Origin: Candidatus Electrothrix sp. GW3-4
GTDB lineage: Bacteria; Desulfobacterota; Desulfobulbia; Desulfobulbales; Desulfobulbaceae
NCBI RefSeq assembly: GCF_037902255.1
Contig: NZ_CP147990.1
Span: 3,210,001 to 3,242,000, forward strand
Direction of reading: 5' to 3'
Length of the DNA stretch: 32,000 nt
In this document: in pieces, positions 17,201 through 26,587 of the stretch
Position numbering within the stretch: position 1 is the stretch's first letter
How the letters are laid out: the number at the start of each line of letters is the position of its first letter
Notes under the pieces: generated by a model
Database searches by the model: none
What the model was told of the DNA's origin: nothing
The model's input: the letters and a program-made list of their open reading frames with translations, nothing else
Program-made: the position numbers and the translations under genes

Positions 17201-20095
17201 ATCATCTAACGGCAGAACAAACTCGTCGCTAAGCTCGACAGCTTCTTCTGACTTTTCGATAGAGGTTGAAGGTTCATCATCAAGCAATAGGGCAAACTCG
17301 TCTCCAAGCTCAACCTCTTCTTCTGCCTTATCGTCCGAACCTGCTGTACTCTCCTCTTCCAGCTCAAAGAAACCATCTAGGGAGTCAGCTTGTTCACCCG
17401 ACTCAGAGGAAATTTCGATCTCTTCCTCACTCTCGAAAGAGAAATCAGCAGACTCATCATCACCTGATTCGTCATCGTCTTCAAACGACAAGACGAAATC
17501 ATCATCAAGTTCGGTATCCTCTCCGGGTGTTTCATCGTCAAGTGATAAGGTAAATTCCTCATCAAGCCCGATATCATCGGCTGTCTCGTCCAAGGAATCT
17601 GGGTCTATCGATACAACCTCCTCAGCAGAATCCGAGAAGACATCGGTGAACTCCTCTTCCTCGCTGTCAGAGGAGAACGCGAGGACTTCATCTGCGTTTT
17701 CTTCTTTATCATCAAGTGAGACAACGAATTCGTCTTCTAACGCTGGAATATCTTCTGCTTCGCCTAAACGTGGTTTCTCAAATTCAGGAGTACCCTCTGT
17801 CTCATCGTCCAGATCGAAGATAGCATCCAGTCCTTCAATTTCTTCTTCTGAATCGGAGGAAAACGCATCGCCTTGATCAATAGTTGCGCTATCCTCTTCT
17901 GTTTCTTCTGTATCAAGAGAAAATCCAGCAATATCTCCATCAAAATCATCTTCGCCACCAAACAACAACTCAGAGCTCTCTTCCTCTGTCCCTATGCTTA
18001 TCTCATCTTGACCTTCATTGAGTGCATCTGATTCAATAAGAGTTTCAGTGGTGCCCCCCTCTTCGCCAACAACAACTTGGTCTTCAGTGGAGTCTTCCTG
18101 GGTATCCTTATCCAACTCAAAAAAGAAATTCAGCTTTTCATCAAGCTCAGCCGCCTTTTCGTCATCAATACCAGAGGCCATCTCATCTTCGTTAAAGCCG
18201 CCCTCTTCATCAGCATCTGCCAGGGCAACAGCTATCTCTTCGCTCTGCTGCCCGTCGTCCATATCGTCCAGGGAAATATCAAGCTCATCAACGTTGACAG
18301 CGGGCGTGTCATCGTCAGCTTCGGTTTCCTGCTCATCCAACAGAGCCCCAACCTCATTTTCGTCACTGTCAAAATCAAAAAACGAATCGTAATCCTCTTC
18401 CCCCTCTAACAGGGCTTCCTCTTCTCCATCAGATCCATCAAAATCTGCTGCGAGCATCTCCTTTTTCCACGACTCAGCACGCGTCTTTTCCTCTTCTTGC
18501 GTGTCCTCATCTTCAACCACATCATCGGAAAAGTCAAAAAACGAATCAAGCTCCACCTCTGATTCACCCAGCTCGCTATCTCCTTTTTCCCCCTCGCCCT
18601 TCAGCGATTCATCAGCAACACTCTTACTCTCTTCTGAGGCAGCCGTCTTTTCTTCTTTGGGTTCTGTTACTTCGTTGGGGGTATCATCAAATTCAAAAAA
18701 AGAATCCAGTTTTTCATCAAGTTCAGCAGTTTTTTCTTCGTCTATTCCGGCAGATACAAGCTCTTCATTAAAGCCGCCATTCTCATCGGCATCGGTCAAG
18801 GCAGGAAGAATGGCCTCTTCTTCTGCAACGTTATCGTCCAGGACGAATTCCTGATCTCCTGCCTCTGTCTCATCTGCAAAGAGGTCTTCATCAAGCCCAC
18901 CCTCTTCCTCGTCGAAGTCAAACTCTTCGACAATGCTTTCCTCATCATCAAGAAAAAATTCACCCGCACTTTCCCCTTCAGCGGAAAAATCAGCACTTGC
19001 ATCAAAATCTTCTGCAAACAAATCCAGGTCTTCATCATCGTCGGCCACAGGAGAATCAAACTCTGCATCGTCTTCAGAAACATCATTTTCAGCCTCTTGC
19101 CCGGGTGTAGCTATTTCAGCAGTTTCTGTGAGTTCCTCTTCATCCCGCTCTTTTTCTTCTTCTCCAGCGCTTTGTTCTGCTGCTCGCTCTGCAGCCGACT
19201 TGGCGATAATAGCCTTCAGACTGTTAAGACTGCCGATCTGCTCAAGCAAAACCCGCTTCCGTTGTTCGTCAGTCAGGTTTGTATCCTGAATCAGCAGCTT
19301 TAACGCGTCATAAAACGCATGCAGAATGGTAAACGAGTCGGGATGGGCGTTTGTCTTTTCCTCTCGTATATATGCCCCTAAGGCCTGCAAGCCCTGCACA
19401 AGAATTTGTGCATCACGATTATCAGTGAGATACTCTCGCAACTCTGTGGCTTCTGCATGAAACTTTTCCAACCCCTCTTGCGTGACCTCCCATTCCAAGC
19501 CAAGAATGGTCGCCTCCATGCTCGTCAGCGGGTCGTCAGCTTCCTCATGTAGCACAGGTGCAGCGCTCTCAAGGTCTCCTGAAATTCTCTCTTCGGGTAG
19601 TGGGGTAGCTTCGGTACGATCTTCGATATAATCCTCGACCTGTTCCCTGTCACCTGTTGTACCGATCTGGTATTGCAGAACTTTAAATTTACGGACATCG
19701 GCCTTGAGCATAGCAGCTATTAACTCACTGCCGAGGTCTGTCGAAGATATTATTTTTTCATAATTATAAAAGAGGGTAAGAAGAAGTTTAATGGCGTTAG
19801 GATGGGCATAGGCGCCCTCTTTCTGAAGATACTTACCGATATTATCCATCCCCTGAAGATAGATCTGCGCTACCTTATCTCCATCCCACAGGGAACGCAG
19901 ATGAGACAACTCCTCGGTCAGCTCTGACAGAGTATCCTCGGTGATATCCCAATCCAGTGAGAGAACTATCGACTTCAGACGAAGAAGGGGCGACTCCTCA
20001 TCGTCGGTAAATTCAAACAAATCAACTTCATCATTATCAAACGACTCATCTGCAAATTGTGTGAGGTCTTCAAATTCGTCTATTGCTGGGGGCAT
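14276..20095 (-). CDS. Giant hyper-acidic repeat protein (1,939 aa) of unknown function
   Basis: An uninterrupted 5.8 kb ORF, co-directional with mglBA. Non-repetitive helical domains occupy both termini, and the core is extremely D/E-rich. The ATG at 20095 is 67 nt after the mglA stop, and the TAA at 14276-14278 is 9 nt before the sdhC ATG. Confidence 0.85.
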   Translation of the reverse strand: MPPAIDEFEDLTQFADESFDNDEVDLFEFTDDEESPLLRLKSIVLSLDWDITEDTLSELTEELSHLRSLWDGDKVAQIYLQGMDNIGKYLQKEGAYAHPNAIKLLLTLFYNYEKIISSTDLGSELIAAMLKADVRKFKVLQYQIGTTGDREQVEDYIEDRTEATPLPEERISGDLESAAPVLHEEADDPLTSMEATILGLEWEVTQEGLEKFHAEATELREYLTDNRDAQILVQGLQALGAYIREEKTNAHPDSFTILHAFYDALKLLIQDTNLTDEQRKRVLLEQIGSLNSLKAIIAKSAAERAAEQSAGEEEKERDEEELTETAEIATPGQEAENDVSEDDAEFDSPVADDDEDLDLFAEDFDASADFSAEGESAGEFFLDDEESIVEEFDFDEEEGGLDEDLFADETEAGDQEFVLDDNVAEEEAILPALTDADENGGFNEELVSAGIDEEKTAELDEKLDSFFEFDDTPNEVTEPKEEKTAASEESKSVADESLKGEGEKGDSELGESEVELDSFFDFSDDVVEDEDTQEEEKTRAESWKKEMLAADFDGSDGEEEALLEGEEDYDSFFDFDSDENEVGALLDEQETEADDDTPAVNVDELDISLDDMDDGQQSEEIAVALADADEEGGFNEDEMASGIDDEKAAELDEKLNFFFELDKDTQEDSTEDQVVVGEEGGTTETLIESDALNEGQDEISIGTEEESSELLFGGEDDFDGDIAGFSLDTEETEEDSATIDQGDAFSSDSEEEIEGLDAIFDLDDETEGTPEFEKPRLGEAEDIPALEDEFVVSLDDKEENADEVLAFSSDSEEEEFTDVFSDSAEEVVSIDPDSLDETADDIGLDEEFTLSLDDETPGEDTELDDDFVLSFEDDDESGDDESADFSFESEEEIEISSESGEQADSLDGFFELEEESTAGSDDKAEEEVELGDEFALLLDDEPSTSIEKSEEAVELSDEFVLPLDDEIDDEFALSLDDDDSGEDELSDFSFGDADADDSAVASESTSEAAEEESFFGFAEEDEAAGEPEQAEVAAESDVEDEFALSLDDDDSGEDELSDFSFGDADADDSAVASESTSEAAEEESFFGFAEEDEAAGEPEQAEVAAESDVEDEFALSLDDDDSGEDELSDFSFGDADADDSAVASESTSEAAEEESFFGFAEEDEAAGEPEQAEVAAESDVEDEFALSLDDDDSGEDELSDFSFGDADADDSAVASESTSEAAEEESFFGFAEEDEAAGEPEQAEVAEEGDVEDEFALSLDDDDSGEDELSDFSFGDADADDSAVASESTSEAAEEESFFGFAEEDEAAGEPEQAEVAEEGDVEDEFALSLDDDDSGEDELSDFSFGDADADDSAVASESTSEAAEEESFFGFAEEDEAAGEPEQAEVAAESDVEDEFALSLDDDDSGEDELSDFSFGDADADDSAVASESTSEAAEEESFFGFAEEDEAAGEPEQAEVAAESDVEDEFALSLDDDDSGEDELSDFSFGDADADDSAVASESTSEAAEEESFFGFAEEDEAAGEPEQAEVAAESDVEDEFALSLDDDDSGEDELSDFSFGDADADDSAVASESTSEAAEEESFFGFAEEDEAAGEPEQAEVAEEGDVEDEFALSLDEENASLLTDSLEDVEEDSEDLVLTLDDEEGQEGDLSSEGSEDEDVDLNLDADLLETDEQEAEVALGSHFAITPDTEASAEAVPDEDDGELLLDQELEQQQTTEEQRASELLSTEDVVAGEFEKAQKTESVSFLESDEEGEHLGEEDDTDGLEADDAEDAELLFDAASFSTAAAAIALNPSLDNVQQVHELAVAAKKRAGGTPQQTVILHLLESATALIGQKPELETEDQVVVQELAAGLELAADDPFELTALVHHYTAWQQEFFHWVIARNEEDMAHHAAPTAPVSSPSVSSQDAVHQVKEGFSQLREAMMEEFNQLRKELQKG
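15250..17194 (-). repeat. Nine tandem 213 bp (71 aa) near-identical repeats plus a partial tenth, inside the giant ORF
   Basis: The period is shown by nine alternate-frame ORFs spaced exactly 213 bp apart (15295, 15508 ... 16999) and by direct reading. The unit is DEFALSLDDDDSGEDELSDFSFGDADADDSAVASESTSEAAEEESFFGFAEEDEAAGEPEQAEVAAESDVE. Confidence 0.95.
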
Positions 20096-20162
20096 AATTT
20101 TTGTCCGGACTCTTCTGAGGTGCCAGTACTCAACAGCGTACCTATACCGTTATTTTATCCCT

Positions 20163-20768
20163 TTACAAGAGTTTCTTCTGTACCGACACCACTGTGGATG
20201 AAATTATCTTTTTCAGTGTTTCAGGAACATTATACCCTGTCAAGGCGCTGGCTTCAAAGGAAGGAACTTTCAATTTACTGTTCAGATCCTTCTCCAAAAC
20301 CGCTGTTGGCAATACCGGGATTCCCTGATTTCGCAGATCCACCTTATTGTACTGCATAACAAGAGGAATCTTAAAGATAGACTCCTTATAGCTCTTGAGG
20401 TTTTCATGCAGCTGATTCAAAGAGCGTATGTTCTTTTCCCGCATGGCCTCCTGGGCGTCAGCAACAAAAACCAAGCCATCCACCCCTTTCAAAACCAGCT
20501 TACGAGTCGCGTTGTACTTGACCTGACCAGGTACAGTATAAAGCTGTATTTTCAACTCGTATCCCTTAATCTTCCCCATATCAAAAGGAAGAAAATCAAA
20601 AAATAAGGTTCGGTCGCCATGGGTCTTCAGGCTGACCATTTCCGACTGGATCTGCTTGCTAAATTTACGATTGATATATTCAAGGTTAGAGGTCTTTCCA
20701 CCCCTGCCTGGACCGTAGTAAACGACTTTTACCTGTACGATTTTCTCGCGTAGATTAATAAAGCTCAA
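20163..20768 (-). CDS. mglA: MglA-type Ras-like small GTPase
   Basis: 201 aa. MSFIN..., P-loop YYGPGRGGKTSN, DRTLFFDFLP, the MglA-specific LYTVPGQ motif, LKGVDGLVFVAD and NKVD closely parallel Myxococcus MglA. Confidence 0.92.
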   Translation of the reverse strand: MSFINLREKIVQVKVVYYGPGRGGKTSNLEYINRKFSKQIQSEMVSLKTHGDRTLFFDFLPFDMGKIKGYELKIQLYTVPGQVKYNATRKLVLKGVDGLVFVADAQEAMREKNIRSLNQLHENLKSYKESIFKIPLVMQYNKVDLRNQGIPVLPTAVLEKDLNSKLKVPSFEASALTGYNVPETLKKIISSTVVSVQKKLL

Positions 20769-20840
20769 TGCTTTTCTCCTGCTGTGTAGGGATTAATGCT
20801 ATTGAAGAGACGAGACGACTCCCTGAAGGCATGATAAATC

Positions 20841-21239
20841 TTACTTACCAGCCCAGAGTTTTCTTATCTGTTCCAGTGCCTTAACAACATTCAGCCTGAG
20901 AAAACCAAGCGAAATATGCTTACCGAACATGGTGATCAGCAAAAGTTCCTCGTCGATTTTCGAAAAATGGATATTACAATCCGTGCCCTTATGAAAGAGT
21001 AAGGAAAACTCCTGCTCTCCGACCAATTTCGCCATAGCATCTACTGTGGCGAAGTTACCGGCTGCCAGAGCTGCGAATGAATAAACATCATATTTGGAAG
21101 TGCCATTGTCCTTAGCCGTAATAATGTTCCCTGCCATGTCAATAATGATGACACAGTCCACTCCTATCTTGATGAGCTGCTCCGACAGGATTTCATCAAT
21201 CTTTTCTAGCTGTTCCTGGCTGACTACACCGTAATTCAT
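20841..21239 (-). CDS. mglB: Roadblock/LC7-domain protein, MglB-like GAP
   Basis: 132 aa. Size, position directly upstream of mglA (the mglBA order, as in Myxococcus) and the roadblock-like pattern (IIIDMAGNIITA...AALAAGNFA) support the call. Confidence 0.8.
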   Translation of the reverse strand: MNYGVVSQEQLEKIDEILSEQLIKIGVDCVIIIDMAGNIITAKDNGTSKYDVYSFAALAAGNFATVDAMAKLVGEQEFSLLFHKGTDCNIHFSKIDEELLLITMFGKHISLGFLRLNVVKALEQIRKLWAGK

Positions 21240-21352
21240 CTGATTTCCTCATTAACATTGCATTGTTTGTCCGGCAGGGGTGAGCCGACCGGCATCTCTC
21301 CATTTTTTGACTATACGCCAGATAATCACAGATATGAAGCTGTTTTTAATGA

Positions 21353-23148
21353 TTATAGTATTTTTTTATTTTTCACCCTATCTCCTTGCAAAGGGACTCT
21401 GCTGAATTTGAGCACATCAACAAGGCCTTTATCCGTAATTTTCAACTCTGGAATAACGGGCAGAGCAAGAAAACTGAGGAGCATGAAAGGATTTTTCACT
21501 GTCCCCCCCAGCTGACCAGCAGCCTTCTCAAGCCCCTGAAGCTGAATGCAGACCTTCTCAGCAGGCTCTGTTGTCATCAGCCCGGCAACCGGCAAGGGAA
21601 GGGCCTCAAGGACTCGTTCTTCTCCTGTTACCACCAGCCCCCCCTGCATCTCAAATATCTTTTTTATCGCCAGCATCATGGAGGCATCATCGACACCAAC
21701 GACGATCAAATTATGAGAATCGTGGGCAATAGTAGAGGCTATAGCCCCCTGCTTAATGCCAAAACCCTGAACAAAACCGATCCCCACATTACCGGTGGCA
21801 TGATGTCGCTCAATAACCGCAACCTTCAAGATATCGCGATCAGGATCAGCAACCACCATCCCCCCCTGACTTTCGCTTTCAGAAAGGCCTGGCCAGTAAT
21901 AATCTGTCCATCAGCACAAGTCATCACCCGTATTTTCCCTGACGTTCCCAGGTCGGCAGGCTTGCTAAGGTCAATCCGATCAGGACGAATCCTCACCGTT
22001 GCCTGCAGAGCAAAAACAGAGGCAGAGGCTTCCTCCTGGTCCGTGATTTCCGCGACCATTTCTCTGTGTTCAGCCACGCATGCACCGGCACAATACACCT
22101 GGCTGACCTGGAACTGCTGCAGATCCTCAAGCACCACCAAGTCAGCCCTATATCCCGGGGCAACAGCACCGAGATGGTTTAGCCTGAAATGACGAGCAGG
22201 GTTCACCGTGACCATCTGTACAGCTGTCACAGCATCTGCACCGAGTTCCACTGCTCGACGGAGCAGGAAATCCATATGTCCGTGTTGTACCAAATCATCG
22301 GCGTGACGATCATCAGTGACCAGCAGGCAACGGTGAGCAGCCGCACTGCGAAAAAGAGGGAGCAACGCCTCCATATTACGGGCGGTTGAACCTTCACGGA
22401 TAAAAACCGCCATTCCTGCCCGCAACTTTTCCCAGGCCTCAGCCAAGGTCGTACATTCATGATCCGAACTGATCCCAGCAGCTACATAGGCCTGCAAGGC
22501 CTTCCCACTCAATCCAGGTGCATGACCATCAGCAAGTCGTCCCAGCCTGCGAGCAGAAAAAATTTTTTCCAGCACCTCAGGATCCCCAGCAATCGTGCCA
22601 GGGAAATTCATCATCTCCGCCAACCCGATAATATCCTGGCGTTCCAGCAACTCCTCTATATCATCAACGGACAACTGGGATCCGCTGCTCTCCATATGGG
22701 TTGCTGGCACACAGGAAGGTGCCAGCCCATACACCGTAAGGGGAGACGATTGAGAGAGCATATAGTCAATCCCGGACATCCCGCAGACATTGGCAATTTC
22801 ATGCGGGTCACAGATGACAGTGGTTGTCCCACAGGGCACAACAGCAGCCGCAAATCGGCAAGGTGTGAGCAGGGAGCTTTCAATATGAATATGCCCATCA
22901 ATAAACCCCGGACAGACATAACGGCCAGCGAGATCAATTTCTTCCTTCCCCTGATATTCGCCTTGCTGATCAATCCCGGCAATACAGCCGTTAATGACAG
23001 CGATATCTCCCTGAGCTACCTCCCCGGTAAAGACATGGACAATCCGCCCCCCTCGCAATACGAGGTCAGCCGGTATCCGGCCAGCAGCACAATCAATCAA
23101 CTGCTTATACAAAGCCTTATCGCTTCCTAATGCTGTCCAGTTCAACAT
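21353..23148 (-). pseudogene. ade: Adenine deaminase, split by a -1 frameshift in a G7 run (C7 on plus strand, 21860-21866)
   Basis: The N-terminal ORF (GFIDGHIHIESS metal-binding motif) and the C-terminal ORF (VAVIERHHATGNVGIGFVQGFG..., AHDSHNLIVVG) overlap at 21826-21859. A G8 tract would read ...KAKVRGGMVVADPD... and give about 598 aa. Confidence 0.85.
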
Positions 23149-23175
23149 TCAGTCTTCTGGAAGTAGGCATAAGGG

Positions 23176-23220
23176 GATAAAACAAACACGGCTCTGTTCA
23201 TCCCTTCAGAACAGAGCCGT
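23176..23220 (-). terminator. Rho-independent terminator after lptE
   Basis: Perfect 12 bp stem (acggctctgttc / gaacagagccgt, 23188-23220) with a 9 nt loop, followed on the minus strand by GUUUGUUUUAU. Confidence 0.7.
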
Positions 23221-23291
23221 ACGAGTATCCTTGTATCTCCTTGCAGCCGCAAATAAAAAAAGCCAACACTGTTACGCAAAACAAGAAAATA

Positions 23292-23843
23292 TTATCTATC
23301 CTTCGCCTCGTCAAGCAACAGCTCTCTATTCATCTTCCGTATTTTTGTCAGCGTTCCAAGATAAATTTTCTCTGAAACCTCATCAAGGATCTCTTCAACC
23401 GCCTCGTCTTCCGTGTCTGCCCGGTCTGTCAAGGTATTATAATTCTCTGTCCAGATGTCATTGGGCACTTCCCAAAGAATCTTGCCGGTCTTGAGATTTT
23501 TGAGCACATAGCGCAAATGCAATTCAACCTTCACATCCGTTGTCTGCGCATCTGTATCCCACCCTATCCCAGGGAGATCAATAGAGATAATTTCCCCGGC
23601 AAGCACCAGATCAGCAGCCTCCCGCTCCTTAGTCAGATTAATTTTTTCCGACTTCTGAAACCAGGCAGACAGGGATTGGTACATACTGTTATCAATACCT
23701 AATTTATCCGTACGATTTTTCCAGTTCGGCATGTACACCAGCATCTCAGGGCCGGTATATACATTGGGGAAATAATACCCACAGCCACCGAGCAAGAGAA
23801 AAATACAGAGAAAAAACAGCAAGCTTCGTATTTTACCAGTCAC
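23292..23843 (-). CDS. lptE: LptE-like LPS-assembly lipoprotein
   Basis: 183 aa. It has a lipoprotein signal peptide with an LLGGC lipobox. The position immediately downstream of leuS matches the conserved leuS-lptE arrangement. Confidence 0.6.
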   Translation of the reverse strand: MTGKIRSLLFFLCIFLLLGGCGYYFPNVYTGPEMLVYMPNWKNRTDKLGIDNSMYQSLSAWFQKSEKINLTKEREAADLVLAGEIISIDLPGIGWDTDAQTTDVKVELHLRYVLKNLKTGKILWEVPNDIWTENYNTLTDRADTEDEAVEEILDEVSEKIYLGTLTKIRKMNRELLLDEAKDR

Positions 23844-23957
23844 GCCTTCGTCCCCTATTTCTTTAAGATTATATCTTCCATGCTAACATGTCAAACACTT
23901 GCAGGCCCATTCGCTTGAAGCAGATGTCATGAGCAGCAAGTTTCTTGTCCGCGAATT

Positions 23958-26471
23958 CTAGATGACAATATTAACAAGTTTCCCCTTAACCACAATAATT
24001 TTTTTCACAGGATTATCACCAATAAAATTCTTTATCCGTTCATCATCTAACGCCTTCTGCTTGATATCTTCCTCGCCAATGTCCGCTGCGACCTGTAAAC
24101 GGGAGCGCACCTTGCCATTTATCTGCACCACAATGGTCAACTCGTCTTCCTTAACCGCCTCTGGATCATATTCAGGCCATTGTTGCTGGTCCAAGGCTTG
24201 ATGATGACCTGTGCTCTCCCAGAGTTCTTGGCAAAAATGGGGGACCATCGGAAAAAGGAGCATCAGCACGGTCTGCAGGGCTTCTCTGAGCACTGCACTT
24301 TCAACAGGCTTTTTTGCCCCGCCCCCCGTAGCAGCAGTAATTTGATTTACCAGCTCCATCACCCCTGAGATGGCGGTATTAAAATGAAAATTCGTTTCAA
24401 TACTATCGGTAACCCGCTGAATGGTCTGATGAGTCTTGCGATGAAGCTGTCGATCGGACGATGCCAGTACATCTCCTTGTACTGCGTCTCCTCCTTCTCT
24501 CTCCCTGTCTGAAGCAGCAAAACAATCCAGGTTGGCCTGAACCAGGCGGAACACCCGATTGAGAAAACGGAAACTGCCCTCAACCCCTTGCGCATTCCAT
24601 TCCAAATCCCTCTCCGGTGGAGCTGCGAACAAAGAAAAAAGACGGACGGTGTCGGCACCGTACTGGGTTATCAGGTCATGCGGATCTACCACATTACCTT
24701 TGGACTTAGACATCTTGGAGCCGTCCTTGATCACCATGCCCTGGGTAAGGAGATTATTAAACGGTTCATCAATATTGAGATAGCCAAGATCACGCAGGAT
24801 CTTGGTAAAAAAACGGGCATAGAGGAGATGAAGGATTGCGTGCTCCACCCCACCGATATACTGGTCCACGGCCAGCCAGTATTGGGCGGCCTCCTTATCA
24901 AGAGGTGCGTTCTCATTACGCGGACTGGTGTAGCGCCCAAAATACCAGGAAGATTCCATAAAGGTATCCATAGTATCGGTCTCCCGTTGTGCAGGCTGGC
25001 CGCATTTTGGACAGGTTACGCGATAAAATTCCTCCTGTTGATGCAAGGGGGCATGGCTACCATAGGGCGGCTGGGAGCCTGGCAAGAGCACAGGAAGTTG
25101 TTCCGCAGGAACCGAAACTACTCCGCAGATATCACAATGAATAACCGGAATAGGGGCACCCCAATAGCGCTGCCGGGAAATTCCCCAGTCCCGGAGGCGA
25201 TAGGTGATATGCGCCTGACCGAAGCCCTGTTGTTCTGCATGCTCAATAATGGCCTTTTTCGCCTCTGCCGAAGCCAGGCCGCTGAATTCCGCTGAATCAG
25301 CCAAGACACCATCGCCTTCCCATGCTGCGTCCATACTGTTGCCATCCAGCTTGTCCTCCGGCTGCACCACCGGGCGCACAGGCAACGTATATTTACGGGC
25401 AAACTCAAAGTCCCGTTGATCATGGGCAGGCACGGCCATAACAGCGCCAGTGCCGTACTCCATGAGCACAAAATTGGCCACATAGATGGGAATCCGATCG
25501 CCGTTAAAAGGATTGATACAGTATTTCCCGGTAAAGACACCGTGCTTTTCCGGTTCCTGATCCACAGCCATCCGCTGTTTTTCCACCAGGGTCTGCTCAA
25601 TGAATGCGCGAACCGGCTGTTCATGTTCTGTTCCGGTAATCAGGGTGTCGACAAGGGGATGCTCCACAGCCAGGGACATAAAGGTGACCCCGTAAATAGT
25701 GTCAGGCCGTGTTGTGAAAATCTTGATCTTCTCTTCCTCTCCTTCTACCTGAAAATCACAGGCAAGGCCTTGGCTCCTCCCGATCCAGTTGCGCTGCATG
25801 GTGACCACCTTTTCCGGCCACCCGCCGAGCTGCTCAAGATCCGCCAGAAGCTCATCAGCATAATCGGTGATTTTGAGGAACCAGCCATACATATTTTTCG
25901 GCACCACCTGCTGATCACAACGCCAGCAGCAGCCGTCAATAACCTGTTCACGGGCCAAAACTGTGGCACAGTCCTCACACCAATTCACCGTGGTCTTTTT
26001 CCGATAGACCAACCCTTTTTCCAGGAGCTGCAAAAAGACCAGCTGCTCCCAGCGATAATACTCAGGATGGCAGGTGGCGATCTCTCGATCCCAGTCATAA
26101 CTTAGCCCCATTGCCTTGAGCTGCTCGCGCATATAGCTGATATTCTCATAGGTCCACTGCGCAGGGTGCACACCGTGCTTAAGAGCGGCATTTTCCGCAG
26201 GCAGACCAAAGGCATCCCAGCCCATAGGATGGAGCACATTAAAACCCTGCATCCGTTTATAACGAGCAATCACATCACCGATGGAATAGTTGCGGACATG
26301 TCCCATGTGAATCCGGCCAGAGGGGTAGGGAAACATCTCCAGCAAATAATATTTCTCCCGATCCGGGTCTTCACTCACCTTGTACGATTTTGTTTCCTGC
26401 CAGTGCTGCTGCCATTTGGCCTCAATGGCCTTAAAGTCGTATTTTCGGGGTTCCTGTGCTGTGTTACTCAT
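23958..26471 (-). CDS. leuS: Leucine--tRNA ligase
   Basis: Class I motifs [12 protein letters not shown] (HIGH) and KMSKSKGN (KMSKS) are present, along with CP1 and zinc Cys motifs. I place the start at ATG 26471 ([13 protein letters not shown]...); the tracked 26564 start adds an implausible 31 aa. Confidence 0.95.
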   Translation of the reverse strand: MSNTAQEPRKYDFKAIEAKWQQHWQETKSYKVSEDPDREKYYLLEMFPYPSGRIHMGHVRNYSIGDVIARYKRMQGFNVLHPMGWDAFGLPAENAALKHGVHPAQWTYENISYMREQLKAMGLSYDWDREIATCHPEYYRWEQLVFLQLLEKGLVYRKKTTVNWCEDCATVLAREQVIDGCCWRCDQQVVPKNMYGWFLKITDYADELLADLEQLGGWPEKVVTMQRNWIGRSQGLACDFQVEGEEEKIKIFTTRPDTIYGVTFMSLAVEHPLVDTLITGTEHEQPVRAFIEQTLVEKQRMAVDQEPEKHGVFTGKYCINPFNGDRIPIYVANFVLMEYGTGAVMAVPAHDQRDFEFARKYTLPVRPVVQPEDKLDGNSMDAAWEGDGVLADSAEFSGLASAEAKKAIIEHAEQQGFGQAHITYRLRDWGISRQRYWGAPIPVIHCDICGVVSVPAEQLPVLLPGSQPPYGSHAPLHQQEEFYRVTCPKCGQPAQRETDTMDTFMESSWYFGRYTSPRNENAPLDKEAAQYWLAVDQYIGGVEHAILHLLYARFFTKILRDLGYLNIDEPFNNLLTQGMVIKDGSKMSKSKGNVVDPHDLITQYGADTVRLFSLFAAPPERDLEWNAQGVEGSFRFLNRVFRLVQANLDCFAASDREREGGDAVQGDVLASSDRQLHRKTHQTIQRVTDSIETNFHFNTAISGVMELVNQITAATGGGAKKPVESAVLREALQTVLMLLFPMVPHFCQELWESTGHHQALDQQQWPEYDPEAVKEDELTIVVQINGKVRSRLQVAADIGEEDIKQKALDDERIKNFIGDNPVKKIIVVKGKLVNIVI

Positions 26472-26587
26472 ATTTATCTCTTCTCTATCAATCCCAAATC
26501 CTGGAAAAACCCAAACACCTTCTTTCTGAGTAAAGTAGATTACCTGGCTGGGAAATATTGTCAATCAAAGTTTCCGGCAGCGCGTTA

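Noticed and set aside
15295-17205. Nine minus-strand 67-68 aa ORFs (MMSKMSSPCPLMM...) spaced every 213 bp
   Set aside because: They are alternate-frame artefacts repeated because the DNA is repeated. They lie entirely within the giant ORF. They are useful only as a ruler for the 213 bp period.
15027-17876. Long plus-strand ORFs of 949 aa (Ser-rich) and 730 aa (15040-17232; H/R/Q/L-rich) across the repeat region
   Set aside because: They are antisense shadows of the GA[AGTC]-rich acidic codons. Both are pure low-complexity, exist only within the repetitive part, lack unique termini and oppose the orientation of all neighbours. The minus-strand ORF is twice as long and has structured ends.
14276-20095. 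The giant acidic protein considered as a biomineralisation or magnetosome-type acidic protein, or as a secreted adhesin
   Set aside because: There is no signal peptide, TM segment, magnetosome gene context or secretion-system genes in the window. The only informative neighbours are cytoplasmic polarity regulators (mglBA).
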